Shown in pieces: positions 1-9,662 of a stretch of DNA of 64,000 bases (positions are counted from its first letter, which is position 1; each line of letters begins with the position of its first letter). The stretch comes from Caldilineae bacterium. GTDB taxonomy: Bacteria; Chloroflexota; Anaerolineae; DTLA01. The position numbers and the translations under genes are program-made. The DNA lies in NCBI GenBank assembly GCA_037446815.1, contig JBBIHX010000002.1, positions 7,641 through 71,640 on the forward strand, read 5' to 3'. The notes beneath the pieces were generated by a model, which had not been told where the DNA came from, ran no database searches, and was given only the letters and a program-made list of their open reading frames with translations.

Positions 1-113
1 ACTACGGCTAGGGCAATCAGTGCCGTGAAGAACCCGATGACGCCTGCGTACATCATCCCCAGCGGCAGCGTAAACGCATAGATCACGGCGGCCACCAAGA
101 TGAGACCATTCAC
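1..113 (-). CDS. Partial (5' end only) membrane protein. N-terminus VNGLILVAAVIYAFTLPLGMMYAGVIGFFTALIALAV reads off the window start.
   Basis: Hydrophobic TM-like minus-strand translation starts at a GTG (alt. ATG at ~56) and continues past position 1. No stop inside the window. The RBS is weak. Confidence 0.3.
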   Translation of the reverse strand, partial: MNGLILVAAVIYAFTLPLGMMYAGVIGFFTALIALAV

Positions 114-838
114 CGTTCTTAGCGACTTCCCCGCGGGCTGGGTCGCGCTCGGGGCCACCGGCCCTGCCGGTGCATTCGGCGCAGCCGCAGCCACAAGCGC
201 CGCGCCGCAAGACTCGCAGAACCTGGCGTCATCTCTGTTTTTCGCACCGCAGTTTGGACAATACGCCATGACCCTACCTCCTCATCACATGCAATGGCTT
301 TGTACACCCTGTGTACTCATGCCCACTGACGCCGGACTGACAATCGGCCTGCGGGACCCCACCGCGTTCCTCGGCGCGTCGCTGCCGCATCGTGCAACCC
401 AATGGCTACGGCTCGCACGCGTCGGTTGCCCCCTCCTCATCCGGCTGTGCGGGCTCCTGCAAACTCGCCATTCGCCACAGTTGCGCCAGCAACTCTTGCG
501 CGTCGGCGAAGGAATACTCGGCGTTGTCCGCGACGGAATACAGAGAGCCGCGCATTTCGTTTGGGCATTCTGTGTCTACCAGCAACCGCAAGATAAACGT
601 CTGCGTTCTTCGCATGCCGCACCCGCTGCAAGGGATTCGCCTCGCTTCCAGAGCGCATCGATAACCGTCCGCGCCAATGCGCGGATCGCACGTAGCCGTC
701 CGTGCCGCGACGGCTCGCCGCATCGCCTTGGTCGCGACCAGAGGCAGCCCCAACGGACCTCGCAACCGCGTCGGGAATTCACGTCTCGGCGCTACTGTAG
801 CCCGTCGGACTGACACTCGGCTGACAGGCAGACCCCGC

Positions 839-2923
839 CTACGGGGTCGCCGTGCCCTGCTCATCTCGCAGCAGCGAATGGTACAAACGGCGGAGGGGTT
901 CCTGCGGGGTGGTGTTCAACTCCTCACGGAGGGCCTGTTCCAAAGTGCGGTACAATCGCAGCGCGCCGGCCCGATCATGGAGGGACATGCACGCCTCCAT
1001 GCCCAAGAGAACGGCCTCTTCTTGCCATGGGTCCATTTCCAGAATCCTGTGGCAGGCATCCAGCGCCGCCTCAGCCTGGCCCGCCTCCATCCGCGCACGA
1101 GCAGCGCCGTACAGCGCGCTCATGTGCAGACGCCGCAGGCGCTCACGCGGCAGCACAGACCAATCCGCATAGATATCATCGGGGAAGAGGTCGCCCTGGT
1201 ATATGCAAAGAGCGGCTTCCCAGTCCTTGGCTCGCACCCGCGCCTCAAACTCCTCAAAATCCACAACGGATTCCGATGGAAGAGTCAGAACAATCTGTCC
1301 TTCCTCCAGGCGCAGATACTGCGACGGAAACTTGTCCGGCAGGCCCGGCTCCAGGGCGCGGCGCAGCGCCGATGTCGCCTGGTGCAACAGCGCCTGGGCA
1401 GAATCTGGCGGCTTGTTCGGCCACAGCGCTTCCACGACCTGATCCCGCGTCAGGGTACGCCTATGCGCCAGCAGAAGCATACGGAACAGTTCGCCGGCGC
1501 GCCGTTGCCGCCACGCGTGCGCCGGAATCGCGCGCCTGTCCCGCCGCACCTCAAAGCGGCCCAGCGTGAAGACCTGGAGGGGATGAGCGGGAACACGGGC
1601 AAGGTGTTCCAGCAGGTCAGCCGTCAGCGCCGCAATCTCAGCGTCCGAGTGCCGCGCGTATGCGGCGACGAGAGGATAGACCGTCGCGCGCTCCTGATCC
1701 ACGAGAAAGCCGTAGTTCCCCTGGGTGATGCTTCTGGCCGCGTCTCGCCACGCGGCTGTGGCTTCGGCCCGCCCCTGCTGATGCAGAAGGGCCGCAAGAA
1801 ACAGCCGCGCCCGCGCCAGGTCAAACGCTGCACCTATGGTTTGCAGCAACTGAACGGCCGCTCGCCAGTCCGTTTCCGCAGCCAATGCATCGCCCAGTTC
1901 CCACGAGGCGCGCCCGCGCTCAACAAGCGCCATGCCCTCAAGATGCAGATACTCGGCGCGGGCGGCGATCGTCGCGGCGTCGTTCGCCCACTGGTGCGCG
2001 GCAGACGCATTGCCACACGCCCGCTGCAGGCGACTCATTCCCAAGCGCACAAGGACATTCACGCTGATCTCGCCGGTCTTCGTGCCGATAGAGTGAGCCT
2101 GAGCGTAGAGCGCCTCGGCTTGTTCCAAGTCGCCCCTCTCCTGCGCCAGGAGCGCCGACAGGCAGCACCGATACCCCTCCAGGGCGGACCCAGGAGGGAC
2201 CACTGCGCTCAACCGCGCCACGGCCTCGTCGGCCAGGCGCCACTGGCCCTTCAAGCAGTACACCCACCCCAGGATGATGAGGGCAAAGGGGACAAGGTCG
2301 CTGGCATTCGCCTCGTCGGCGAGACGCAACACCTCGGTATCCGCCGCCACCGCCAGGTCAAACTGACCTCGCGGCATGTACACGCCCGCTGCCAGGTTAT
2401 GAAGCCCCCGAAGCAACGCCAGCCGATACCCCAACTGGCGGCTCAAATCAATGGCTTGGCGATAGTACTCCTCACCCGCGTCCAGATCGTCGGTCTCGGT
2501 GGCGCACAGTCCTAGCAGCAGCAGCGCGTCAACGCGGGCTGGCGCGTTACCCCCCGACTGGGCCAGCACCTCCTGCCCCAGCGCTTGCGCTTCCGCGTAG
2601 TGGCCCAGGCGAAAGTGAAGCAGGCCAATCCGAATCAGCGCCGCAAGCGTTGCCGGTAGGTCATCGGCTGCGCGCGCCTGCCCAAGAGCCTCGGCTGCCC
2701 GCTCCATCGCTTGTGCAATGTCGCCCCCGGATTCCAGCCGAACGCTCGCCTCAAGGAGGTCCGCAACCGTGCGATGGATGTCCATGTCCCAGCCCAGAAC
2801 CCAAAACCCAGAAGACAGCCCAATGCACCACGGGAAGACAAGCAGAGGGGCATGCTTGTGAAGGGAATCTGCTCGTATTCCCTGACCCACCCTGCGAGTG
2901 AAGGCAGCCTCGCATTCCGACAC
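839..2923 (-). CDS. TPR-repeat transcriptional regulator with C-terminal OmpR/PhoB-type winged-helix + BTAD (SARP-like) module
   Basis: The C-terminal ~250 aa (VFTLGRFEVRRD...ALWP...SALRRAL, followed by ...ALYGAARARMEAGQAEAALDACHRILEMDPWQEEAVLLGMEAC...) match SARP wHTH + BTAD. The N-terminal ~430 aa are TPR-like helical repeats. The true start may be an internal Met (e.g. MDIHRT). Confidence 0.7.
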   Translation of the reverse strand: MSECEAAFTRRVGQGIRADSLHKHAPLLVFPWCIGLSSGFWVLGWDMDIHRTVADLLEASVRLESGGDIAQAMERAAEALGQARAADDLPATLAALIRIGLLHFRLGHYAEAQALGQEVLAQSGGNAPARVDALLLLGLCATETDDLDAGEEYYRQAIDLSRQLGYRLALLRGLHNLAAGVYMPRGQFDLAVAADTEVLRLADEANASDLVPFALIILGWVYCLKGQWRLADEAVARLSAVVPPGSALEGYRCCLSALLAQERGDLEQAEALYAQAHSIGTKTGEISVNVLVRLGMSRLQRACGNASAAHQWANDAATIAARAEYLHLEGMALVERGRASWELGDALAAETDWRAAVQLLQTIGAAFDLARARLFLAALLHQQGRAEATAAWRDAARSITQGNYGFLVDQERATVYPLVAAYARHSDAEIAALTADLLEHLARVPAHPLQVFTLGRFEVRRDRRAIPAHAWRQRRAGELFRMLLLAHRRTLTRDQVVEALWPNKPPDSAQALLHQATSALRRALEPGLPDKFPSQYLRLEEGQIVLTLPSESVVDFEEFEARVRAKDWEAALCIYQGDLFPDDIYADWSVLPRERLRRLHMSALYGAARARMEAGQAEAALDACHRILEMDPWQEEAVLLGMEACMSLHDRAGALRLYRTLEQALREELNTTPQEPLRRLYHSLLRDEQGTATP

Positions 2924-3058
2924 CCGCTTCCTCGCGGCGCAAGTATAGCGCAGCGGTTATCCCGCGTCAACGCCCTCCGAACGGCACCGTAGGGCTCTGG
3001 AGCGCGGCGCGCTGGCAGGTCTCGCAGCCCACAACCCTTCGCTCCGGCGGATCAGCGC

Positions 3059-6000
3059 CTATCGCAGTTTGGCAACATCGGCCTGTGCTCTGGCCCAGGC
3101 CGCGACAAGCGACTCATCGCATTGGGTAGCCGACGCGAGTTCGGCATCGGCGCTTGCCGTGTCCCCCCGCATCATGTAGGCAAGGGCCAGGGCGAAACGT
3201 GCGCGAGGCCAGAGCGGCACCTGTCGCGCCAGGTCTTGCGCAAGTGCCACAGCCTTGTCCAGCGCGGCCGAGGAATCGGACGACGAGCCTCGGCGAGCCA
3301 ACGCCAGCCCCTTGCGGATTTCCAGGCCAATCACCAGCAATGAGGCCTCATCCTCTCCCATTTGCTGCCCATACCCCGGCAGGAGCGCGCCCACAGACTC
3401 ATAAGCGGTAAGCGCGCCCTCCACATCGCCTTGCCGCAACGCAACGTCGCCCAGGGCCTGCTGCGCGCTGGCGCTGTTCGGGAATGCAGCCAGGGCGGCC
3501 TGGAACTCGCCGGTGGCGGCGATGAACCGCTCCCTCGCGTACTCCACTTTTCCAAGCAACTCATGGGCCAGCGAGAGAAGCAGCGGCGGGTTGTTTGGAG
3601 CCGCCAGCACAGCCTGCACCTGCGCCTCTGCCCCATCCAGGTCGCCCTGGCGCAGCAGAAAATCGGCGGCGAGGAAATGGGCCAGCACGTCGGCCGTTGG
3701 AGATGCCGCAAGTTCCGCGTAGATGGCAGCCGCCTCTTGCGTGCGGCCCCGCGCCTCATAGACCGAGCCCAGGCCCGCCTTGTACAGCGCGGAACCCGGA
3801 GCGGCAACAACCGCGGATTTGAGCGCCTGCTCCATATCACTCAGGTTGCAGCGCCGGTACGCCACGCGCGCTATGCCGTAGAGCGCGTCGGCGCAGTTTG
3901 GGTTCACCGCCAGCGCGGCGCGGTACTCCGCTTCGGCCTCGGAATCGCGGGCGGCCGCCAGGTACAAGTTGGCAAGGGCCACGCGGCTCTGCCAGTCCTG
4001 CGGGTCTAGCGCCACAGCCTTCTGATACTCCGATGCAGCCCTGTCCACATCGCCCAGCAGAATGCAGAGGGCGCCCATCTGACGGCGCAACGGTGCGCTG
4101 TCGGCGATCTTTGCCTGCTCGGCGTAGGCCGCCAGCGCGTCTTGCAGCCGCCCCATCCGGGCATAAGTGTCTCCCAATCCTGCATAGGCAATAGCGGATC
4201 GCGGGTCCGCCGCGATTGCCTTCTGATACTCCGCAATGGCCGCCTCGTATTTCCCCTGCTGAAAATACGTCCCGCCCAAGAACGCCCGCACATCTGGATC
4301 ATCCTGGAGCGCCAATGCCTTCCTATATGCTTCGGCTGCCTTGTCCCAGTCCTGCAGCCGCCAATAGGCATTCCCCAGCGCGGTGTGGTATGCGGGGACA
4401 TCTGGAGCGTACCGAACCGCCAGCGCGTGCTCGGACACGGCTTTCTGGTGCTCGCCCAGGTCGGCATAGACCAACCCCAGCGAGTAGTGAGCCTCGGCCA
4501 TGTCGGCTTGCAACGCGATAGCGGCCTGCAGGTACTGCGCCGCAACATCCAGTTGCCCCTCCAGATAGCTGAGATTGCCAACCAAGTACAGCGTGCTGGG
4601 GTCTTGCGGCTCAATTGCCAACGCCTGCTCAAACTCGCGGATTGCAGCCTGATAGTCCTCCTTCTCCGTGTAGATGAACCCCAACAGCAAGCGCGCCGAC
4701 GGGTCGCATGAGGACAAGGCGGCCGCCTGACGGAGGGCGGCGACAGCCTCATCGATCCTGCCCTGCTCCTTGTACAGCAGGCCCAGCAGGAGGTGCGCGT
4801 TGGCATCCTTGGGCCAGCCAGTAGCCCAGGCTTTGTACTCGGCTTCCGCCCTGTCTAGTCTTCCGCTCCAGTAGTAAGCATTCCCTAGGCCCCAGCGAAC
4901 GCGATGGTCATCGGGTTTCAGTTTCCCCGCGGCCTCGTATTCCGCAACAGCCTTGTCGTACTCACCCGCCGCGACATAGGCATTCGCCAAATCCAGGTGC
5001 GCCTGGAACGGGTCCGGCGGCCTCTGGCTGGCGGCCTTCGCGCGCAGCCCAACGGCCGTGCGACGCGAGTTCTCCGCCTCGGCGGCCAACCCCATCAGCG
5101 ACTGAGTCGCTCCCAGAAGCTCATAGGCATCGGCCCGGTCCGGTGCGATTTCCACAGCCTTCTGGAACTGCGCCAGAGCCTTCTCATGCTGACCCCGCTG
5201 GCGATACAGGTCGCCGAGAAGCAGATGCCCATCGGGCAGGTCAGGCCTGAGGCGCACGGCCTCCTCAGCCTCAGCGATGGCAGCGTCCAGTTGGCGTGCG
5301 GGCGTGCACAGGTCTGCCAGGACAATGGCCAGGTTGTAGTGCGCCTCATACGAATCGGGCTTCAGCGCCAGCACCTGTCTGAGGTCGGCTGCCGCCTCAT
5401 CGGGGCGGCCCAGCGCGTACAGCGCCGCTGCGCGCTGGAAGTACACCGTGTCCACGCCAAGGATGGCCGTGCCGCCCGACGCGGAATGGCCGACGGCCTT
5501 GTCAAACATCATCAGAGCATGCTCCATGTCGCCATTGATGTAAAAGGCCATTCCCAAGATCGCAGACGAAACGTAGGCAACCTGTTGCGGGCCGTTCAGC
5601 GCGAACACCTCAAAGTCCGTCAGGGTTGCCGGCACCCGCACGAAACGGGCCACATCGCTCAGCCCTGCTTCGGGCGCCCCCACAAGCCCGCCCGACACCG
5701 CGTACAGCAGCGACCGACCGATGAGGGGCAGGCCAAGGGCTTCGCGCTGCAGGCTCGGGACGCGCAGAGGCTCGGCCCTCATGCTGACGCCGCGCGCGTC
5801 GTACCACCCCCAAATGACGAGCGTACCCTTGCGTGCTGCACCCGCGGCGCGTGCTTCCGCAGCATCTTCATAAGCCTCCTTCGTCCGCACCACGCGAACC
5901 GTAGTCTCCAGGCCCCGAAGTTCGCTTTCCAGATACTGCTCAAAGTGCCCTGCGAAATCCACCCACGCAAGGCTTGCGTCGGTGCGACGAAAATCGGCAA

Positions 6001-7255
6001 GAACCACAATATATCCGCTCGGAGGACGCAGGCGGTTGTAGCCCGACCACGTGCCCCAGATGAGTCCCGCCGCTGCAATCACACCGAACAGAACAAAGGC
6101 CCGCCTCCGGCGAACCCCTCTGGGCGTCCGCAGTGCCACGTAGAGAGCCAGTCCCGCCCCCGCCAAGAACAGCGGTGCAATCACGTAAGGAAAGTACTTC
6201 ACCAAAGGGGCTATGGGCGCCACAATCGCCTTGAACAATTGGCCGACGATCTGGTACGCAGCGAACAGGATGCTGATGATGCCGAGGATCATCGCTAATC
6301 GGCTGCGAAAATCGGTAGGCGCATGATCCACTGAGGGCGCCGTCTTCCCCGCCAGCGGCGCGATGACACCGATCGCACGCGCCAACTTCACGAGCCAGTC
6401 TTCCTTGGGTCTAGGAGGGGCAGCCTCATGAGGAGCCTCAGGCTTGGCCGCCAGCGCCGTGCGGAACGCCTGTGCCAGTTCTCCCGCGCTTGCGAAACGC
6501 TCGGCAGGGTCCTTCGCCAGCGCACGCAGGATCACCTGCGCCGCCGGTTCCGCGAGGTCGGGCCTGAACTGCCGCGGAGACTGCGGGGGCACAGTGCGAT
6601 GCTGCTCCAGCACCGCCGTAGACGACGCGCCTTGAAACGGAACGCGCCCGGTCGTCATTTCGTACAGCAACACGCCCAGGCAGTAGATATCGCTGGCGAC
6701 GGTTACCGAGCCGCCTGCCGCCTGCTCCGGCGATGCGTACGTAGCGGGAATGGCATCGGCAACACCCACTCGGGCCAGCGTCCTTCCGACGCCAAAGTCG
6801 GTAAGGATAGGATCACCCGAAGCGGTGAACAGAACGTTGCCGGGTTTGACCGCGCCGTGAACAACCCCATGCGCGTGGGCGTAGTCCAGCGCCGCAGCAA
6901 TCCCGTCCAGGATCCGCGAAACCTCCAGGAGGGGGAGGGTTGCGCCGGCCTGTCGCAACTCCGCAAGGCGGTCGCGCAAGGTGCCGCCAGCCAGGAACTC
7001 GGTTACAACGAACGCGCGACCGTCCTCCAGACAATCAAAGTCGTAGAACGGGACGATGTTCGGATGGCGCAGCGCGGCGATTCGTACGGCTTCAGAGCGA
7101 AACGCCTCCAGGAAAGCCCCACCGGCATGCCCAAGGATCACCTTGACGGCAACCCGCCGGTCCAAGACGGGATCCATTGCCTCGTAGACTTCGGCGCGAT
7201 CGCTGCGGTGAACGAGCCGGGTTGCCACATATTTGCCCAATCGCTGCACGCCCAT
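3059..7255 (-). CDS. Ser/Thr protein kinase with TM segments and a ~900-aa C-terminal TPR array
   Basis: Hanks kinase motifs are present (VAVKV, HRD-like HGAVKPGNVLF, DFG, APE), then a Pro-rich linker, 2-3 hydrophobic helices and many TPR repeats. The start is placed at MGVQRLGKY (ORF codon 108 = 7255). The tool ORF extends to 7576 through repeat sequence. Confidence 0.8.
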   Translation of the reverse strand: MGVQRLGKYVATRLVHRSDRAEVYEAMDPVLDRRVAVKVILGHAGGAFLEAFRSEAVRIAALRHPNIVPFYDFDCLEDGRAFVVTEFLAGGTLRDRLAELRQAGATLPLLEVSRILDGIAAALDYAHAHGVVHGAVKPGNVLFTASGDPILTDFGVGRTLARVGVADAIPATYASPEQAAGGSVTVASDIYCLGVLLYEMTTGRVPFQGASSTAVLEQHRTVPPQSPRQFRPDLAEPAAQVILRALAKDPAERFASAGELAQAFRTALAAKPEAPHEAAPPRPKEDWLVKLARAIGVIAPLAGKTAPSVDHAPTDFRSRLAMILGIISILFAAYQIVGQLFKAIVAPIAPLVKYFPYVIAPLFLAGAGLALYVALRTPRGVRRRRAFVLFGVIAAAGLIWGTWSGYNRLRPPSGYIVVLADFRRTDASLAWVDFAGHFEQYLESELRGLETTVRVVRTKEAYEDAAEARAAGAARKGTLVIWGWYDARGVSMRAEPLRVPSLQREALGLPLIGRSLLYAVSGGLVGAPEAGLSDVARFVRVPATLTDFEVFALNGPQQVAYVSSAILGMAFYINGDMEHALMMFDKAVGHSASGGTAILGVDTVYFQRAAALYALGRPDEAAADLRQVLALKPDSYEAHYNLAIVLADLCTPARQLDAAIAEAEEAVRLRPDLPDGHLLLGDLYRQRGQHEKALAQFQKAVEIAPDRADAYELLGATQSLMGLAAEAENSRRTAVGLRAKAASQRPPDPFQAHLDLANAYVAAGEYDKAVAEYEAAGKLKPDDHRVRWGLGNAYYWSGRLDRAEAEYKAWATGWPKDANAHLLLGLLYKEQGRIDEAVAALRQAAALSSCDPSARLLLGFIYTEKEDYQAAIREFEQALAIEPQDPSTLYLVGNLSYLEGQLDVAAQYLQAAIALQADMAEAHYSLGLVYADLGEHQKAVSEHALAVRYAPDVPAYHTALGNAYWRLQDWDKAAEAYRKALALQDDPDVRAFLGGTYFQQGKYEAAIAEYQKAIAADPRSAIAYAGLGDTYARMGRLQDALAAYAEQAKIADSAPLRRQMGALCILLGDVDRAASEYQKAVALDPQDWQSRVALANLYLAAARDSEAEAEYRAALAVNPNCADALYGIARVAYRRCNLSDMEQALKSAVVAAPGSALYKAGLGSVYEARGRTQEAAAIYAELAASPTADVLAHFLAADFLLRQGDLDGAEAQVQAVLAAPNNPPLLLSLAHELLGKVEYARERFIAATGEFQAALAAFPNSASAQQALGDVALRQGDVEGALTAYESVGALLPGYGQQMGEDEASLLVIGLEIRKGLALARRGSSSDSSAALDKAVALAQDLARQVPLWPRARFALALAYMMRGDTASADAELASATQCDESLVAAWARAQADVAKLR

Positions 7256-7427
7256 TTTGCATGCCCTCCCATGCAAGGGGAACCTATCCGCGCCCAGGCT
7301 GGTGTGGCTGGTCCACCGCACCCTGCCGATGCAGCAGCGTGGATGATACTCACCATAGCACGAACACAACAAACCGTCAAGGCGCGCACGCCACGCCGCG
7401 CCGCTGCGCCCAGGCGTCCTCTGGTAC

Positions 7428-7530
7428 TGCCATTGCGAGGGCACGGAGCGCCTGAAGCAACCCCTGGGAACTGTCATTCTGAGCGGCGAAGCCGCGAAGA
7501 ATCTAGGCCACCGAGAGGCTTCGCCTACAT
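7428..7530. repeat. Composite/degenerate repeat with a family-A half (cattgcgagggcacggagcgcctgaagcaacc) joined to a family-B half (ctgtcattctgagcggcgaagccgcgaagaatc...ggcttcgcc)
   Basis: Sequence identity to cores of repeats elsewhere in the window. A terminus-like fragment ccaacacaagccgaacc lies at 7568-7585. Confidence 0.6.
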
Positions 7531-7603
7531 CCCAGCATGGCACAGGGAGAAGCAACGTGCGGGCCACCCAACACAAGCCGAACCCGGCTCACGTTCTCTC
7601 AAG

Positions 7604-7751
7604 TCGGTCCCAAAGTCTGTTGGTGGCTGTCATTGCGAGGGCACGCAGTGCCCGAAGCAATCCCCGGGGCGTGGGGTTGCTTCGCTTCGCTCGCAATGAC
7701 ACACGAGGAGAGTGCGCCTACGGTTCCCCAACACAAGATGAAACCGACTCC
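7604..7751 (+). repeat. Family-A palindromic MITE/REP-like element, copy A1
   Basis: tcggtcccaaagtctgttgg...gtcattgcgagggcacgcagtgcccgaagcaatc...ggttgcttcgcttcgctcgcaatgac...ccaacacaagatgaaaccgactcc. Internal inverted repeats; near-identical to copies A2-A5. Confidence 0.85.
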
Positions 7752-7839
7752 TTCCCTCGGCGCGGTTGACGCCGGCGCTGCGCATCCGCTATAATTGCCA
7801 CGACAACCCATCCAAACCCTGCACAAAGGAGGTCTTCCC

Positions 7840-8610
7840 ATGACGCTCAAAGGAAAACGGGTCGCCGTTCTGGCCGAAGAGATGTATCAGGAATTGGAAC
7901 TCTGGTATCCCGCCTTGCGCATGCGCGAGGCCGGCGCCGAGGTCAAAATCATTGGAACAGGCAGCAGCCCCACCTATGCATCCAAGCACGGGTACCCGGT
8001 TACCGTAGACATAGCCGCAGACCAGGTGTCCGTCACCGAGTTTGACGCCGTCATCGTCCCCGGCGGCTATGCCCCCGACCGTATGCGCCGCTACCCTGCC
8101 CTCCTGAAGTTGGTGCGCGAGGCGTTCGAGCAGGGCAAAGTCGTGGCCGCCATCTGCCACGCAGGTTGGGTGTTGGTATCCGCGGGCATCCTCAAAGGTC
8201 GGCGGGTAACCAGCTTCTTCGCGATCAAGGACGATATGATCAACGCCGGCGCGACTTGGGTTGATGAGCCGGTGGTGCGAGACGGCAATCTCATCACATC
8301 CCGCATGCCCGACGACCTGCCCTACTTCTGCAACGCCATCATCCAGGCGTTGGGCGGCGGCGAGGTCAACGCCGAAATTGTAGAGACGACCACGGCCAAA
8401 GAGGCCCTCGCCATCGCAGTCCGCGCGGAGGAGCAGGCCGCCGCCTTCTACAAGGCCGCCGTCCGCCGCACGCGCGACCCCGAGGCCAAAGCCATGTTTG
8501 AGGAACTGGCAAAGGAAGAACTCGCCCACAAAGCGCGCCTGGAGAAAGAGTACGCACACCTCAGCGGCGATCCCAACTGGGCGCGGTACGAACTGTGGGG
8601 CAACCTGTAG
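7840..8610 (+). CDS. DJ-1/PfpI (ThiJ) family domain fused to a C-terminal ferritin/rubrerythrin-like helical domain
   Basis: Nucleophile elbow AICHAGWVL and PGG motif; C-terminal AEEQAAAFY...EELAKEELAHKARLEKEY (one ExxH half-site). RBS aaaggagg precedes ATG 7840. The tool ORF begins at 7795. Confidence 0.8.
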   Translation: MTLKGKRVAVLAEEMYQELELWYPALRMREAGAEVKIIGTGSSPTYASKHGYPVTVDIAADQVSVTEFDAVIVPGGYAPDRMRRYPALLKLVREAFEQGKVVAAICHAGWVLVSAGILKGRRVTSFFAIKDDMINAGATWVDEPVVRDGNLITSRMPDDLPYFCNAIIQALGGGEVNAEIVETTTAKEALAIAVRAEEQAAAFYKAAVRRTRDPEAKAMFEELAKEELAHKARLEKEYAHLSGDPNWARYELWGNL

Positions 8611-8744
8611 GATGCGCATCACATCCGGCATCTGTGGAATCGCAGCGGCTCGCGCTGGGCCCGGCGGGCGAGCACTGCCCCCCGCCCATGAACCCCATCG
8701 CCCGCTGAGGGGTAACTCTCACAGAGCACACGGAGGGTTACGGG

Positions 8745-9662
8745 GTGATTGAGATCGCAGTCCGGGTAACAAACTTCCGCAAGCAATACGGCGATTTCGT
8801 CGCCGTAGACGGCATAAGTTTTGAGGTGCGGCGGGGGGAAATCTTCGGCCTGCTGGGCCCCAACGGCGCGGGCAAGACCAGCACCCTGGAGACGCTGGAG
8901 GGGCTGAGACGCGCCGACGGCGGCACGCTCAGCGTGATGGGAATAGACCCCACGCGAGAAGCCCGCAAACTGCGCGATATCATCGGCGTGCAACTCCAGA
9001 CCTCGGCGTTGCCCGCCAACATGACGGTGGGCGAAGCCATGCGATTCTTCTGCGCCTACCACGGCGTCCCCGAGCGCCCAGACCTCATCCGGCGCATGGG
9101 CCTCGCCGAAAAGACCTCGGCCCAGTACGCATCGCTATCCACCGGCCAGCAGCGGCGGCTGGCCCTGGCCCTCGCCATCGCCCACAACCCGCCGGTGGTA
9201 TTCCTGGACGAGCCGACAGCAGGGCTGGACGTAGCCACGCGCGCTGAATTGCACGAAATGGTGCGCGAACTCCGGGCGGCGGGGACGACCATCGTCCTCG
9301 CCACCCACGACATGGCGGAGGCCGAGAAGTTGTGCGACCGCGTCGCGATTCTCCTCCGCGGCAGGATCGCTGCCATAGGCACCCCGCGCGAACTCACCGC
9401 GACCGGCTCCGGGTTGACGAAGGTCTCCGTCCGCACCGAGAGCGGCAGCCTAACGCGACTCGCAACCGCGCTCCCCGGCGTGAGGCAACAAACCGTCCAG
9501 GAGGACTACATCGTCTGTTTCACCACGGCCATTGGCCCGACGCTTTCGGCCATTCTTGCCCACATTGAAGCACAGGGCGACTCCCTGGTGGATCTCCGCG
9601 TGGAGCGGCCATCGCTGGAAGAACGATTCCTGGAGATCACAAACGCCGGAGGTCCGCGATGA
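8745..9662 (+). CDS. ABC transporter ATP-binding protein (ABC-2 exporter type)
   Basis: Walker A GPNGAGKTS, signature LSTGQQRRL, Walker B VVFLDEPTAGLD. GTG start with RBS cggaggg. Confidence 0.9.
   Translation: MIEIAVRVTNFRKQYGDFVAVDGISFEVRRGEIFGLLGPNGAGKTSTLETLEGLRRADGGTLSVMGIDPTREARKLRDIIGVQLQTSALPANMTVGEAMRFFCAYHGVPERPDLIRRMGLAEKTSAQYASLSTGQQRRLALALAIAHNPPVVFLDEPTAGLDVATRAELHEMVRELRAAGTTIVLATHDMAEAEKLCDRVAILLRGRIAAIGTPRELTATGSGLTKVSVRTESGSLTRLATALPGVRQQTVQEDYIVCFTTAIGPTLSAILAHIEAQGDSLVDLRVERPSLEERFLEITNAGGPR

Noticed and set aside
677-2515. 612-aa plus-strand ORF overlapping the regulator gene
   Set aside because: Arg/Pro/Gly/Ala-rich low-complexity translation typical of the antisense frame of a high-GC gene. 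The minus-strand frame carries recognisable TPR and BTAD motifs.
4904-7699. Long plus-strand ORFs (4904..6298, 6428..7699) inside and upstream of the kinase gene
   Set aside because: They are antisense to a gene with clear kinase/TPR motifs. The 3' part of 6428..7699 is translated repeat sequence.
7557-7769. Small ORFs entirely within repeat copies (7557..7769, 18004..18198, 19608..19886, 47039..47338, 57492..57707, 57593..57850, 40359..40715)
   Set aside because: Their translations are repeat-derived, recur in several frames and on both strands, and the copies differ by indels that would break a real gene.
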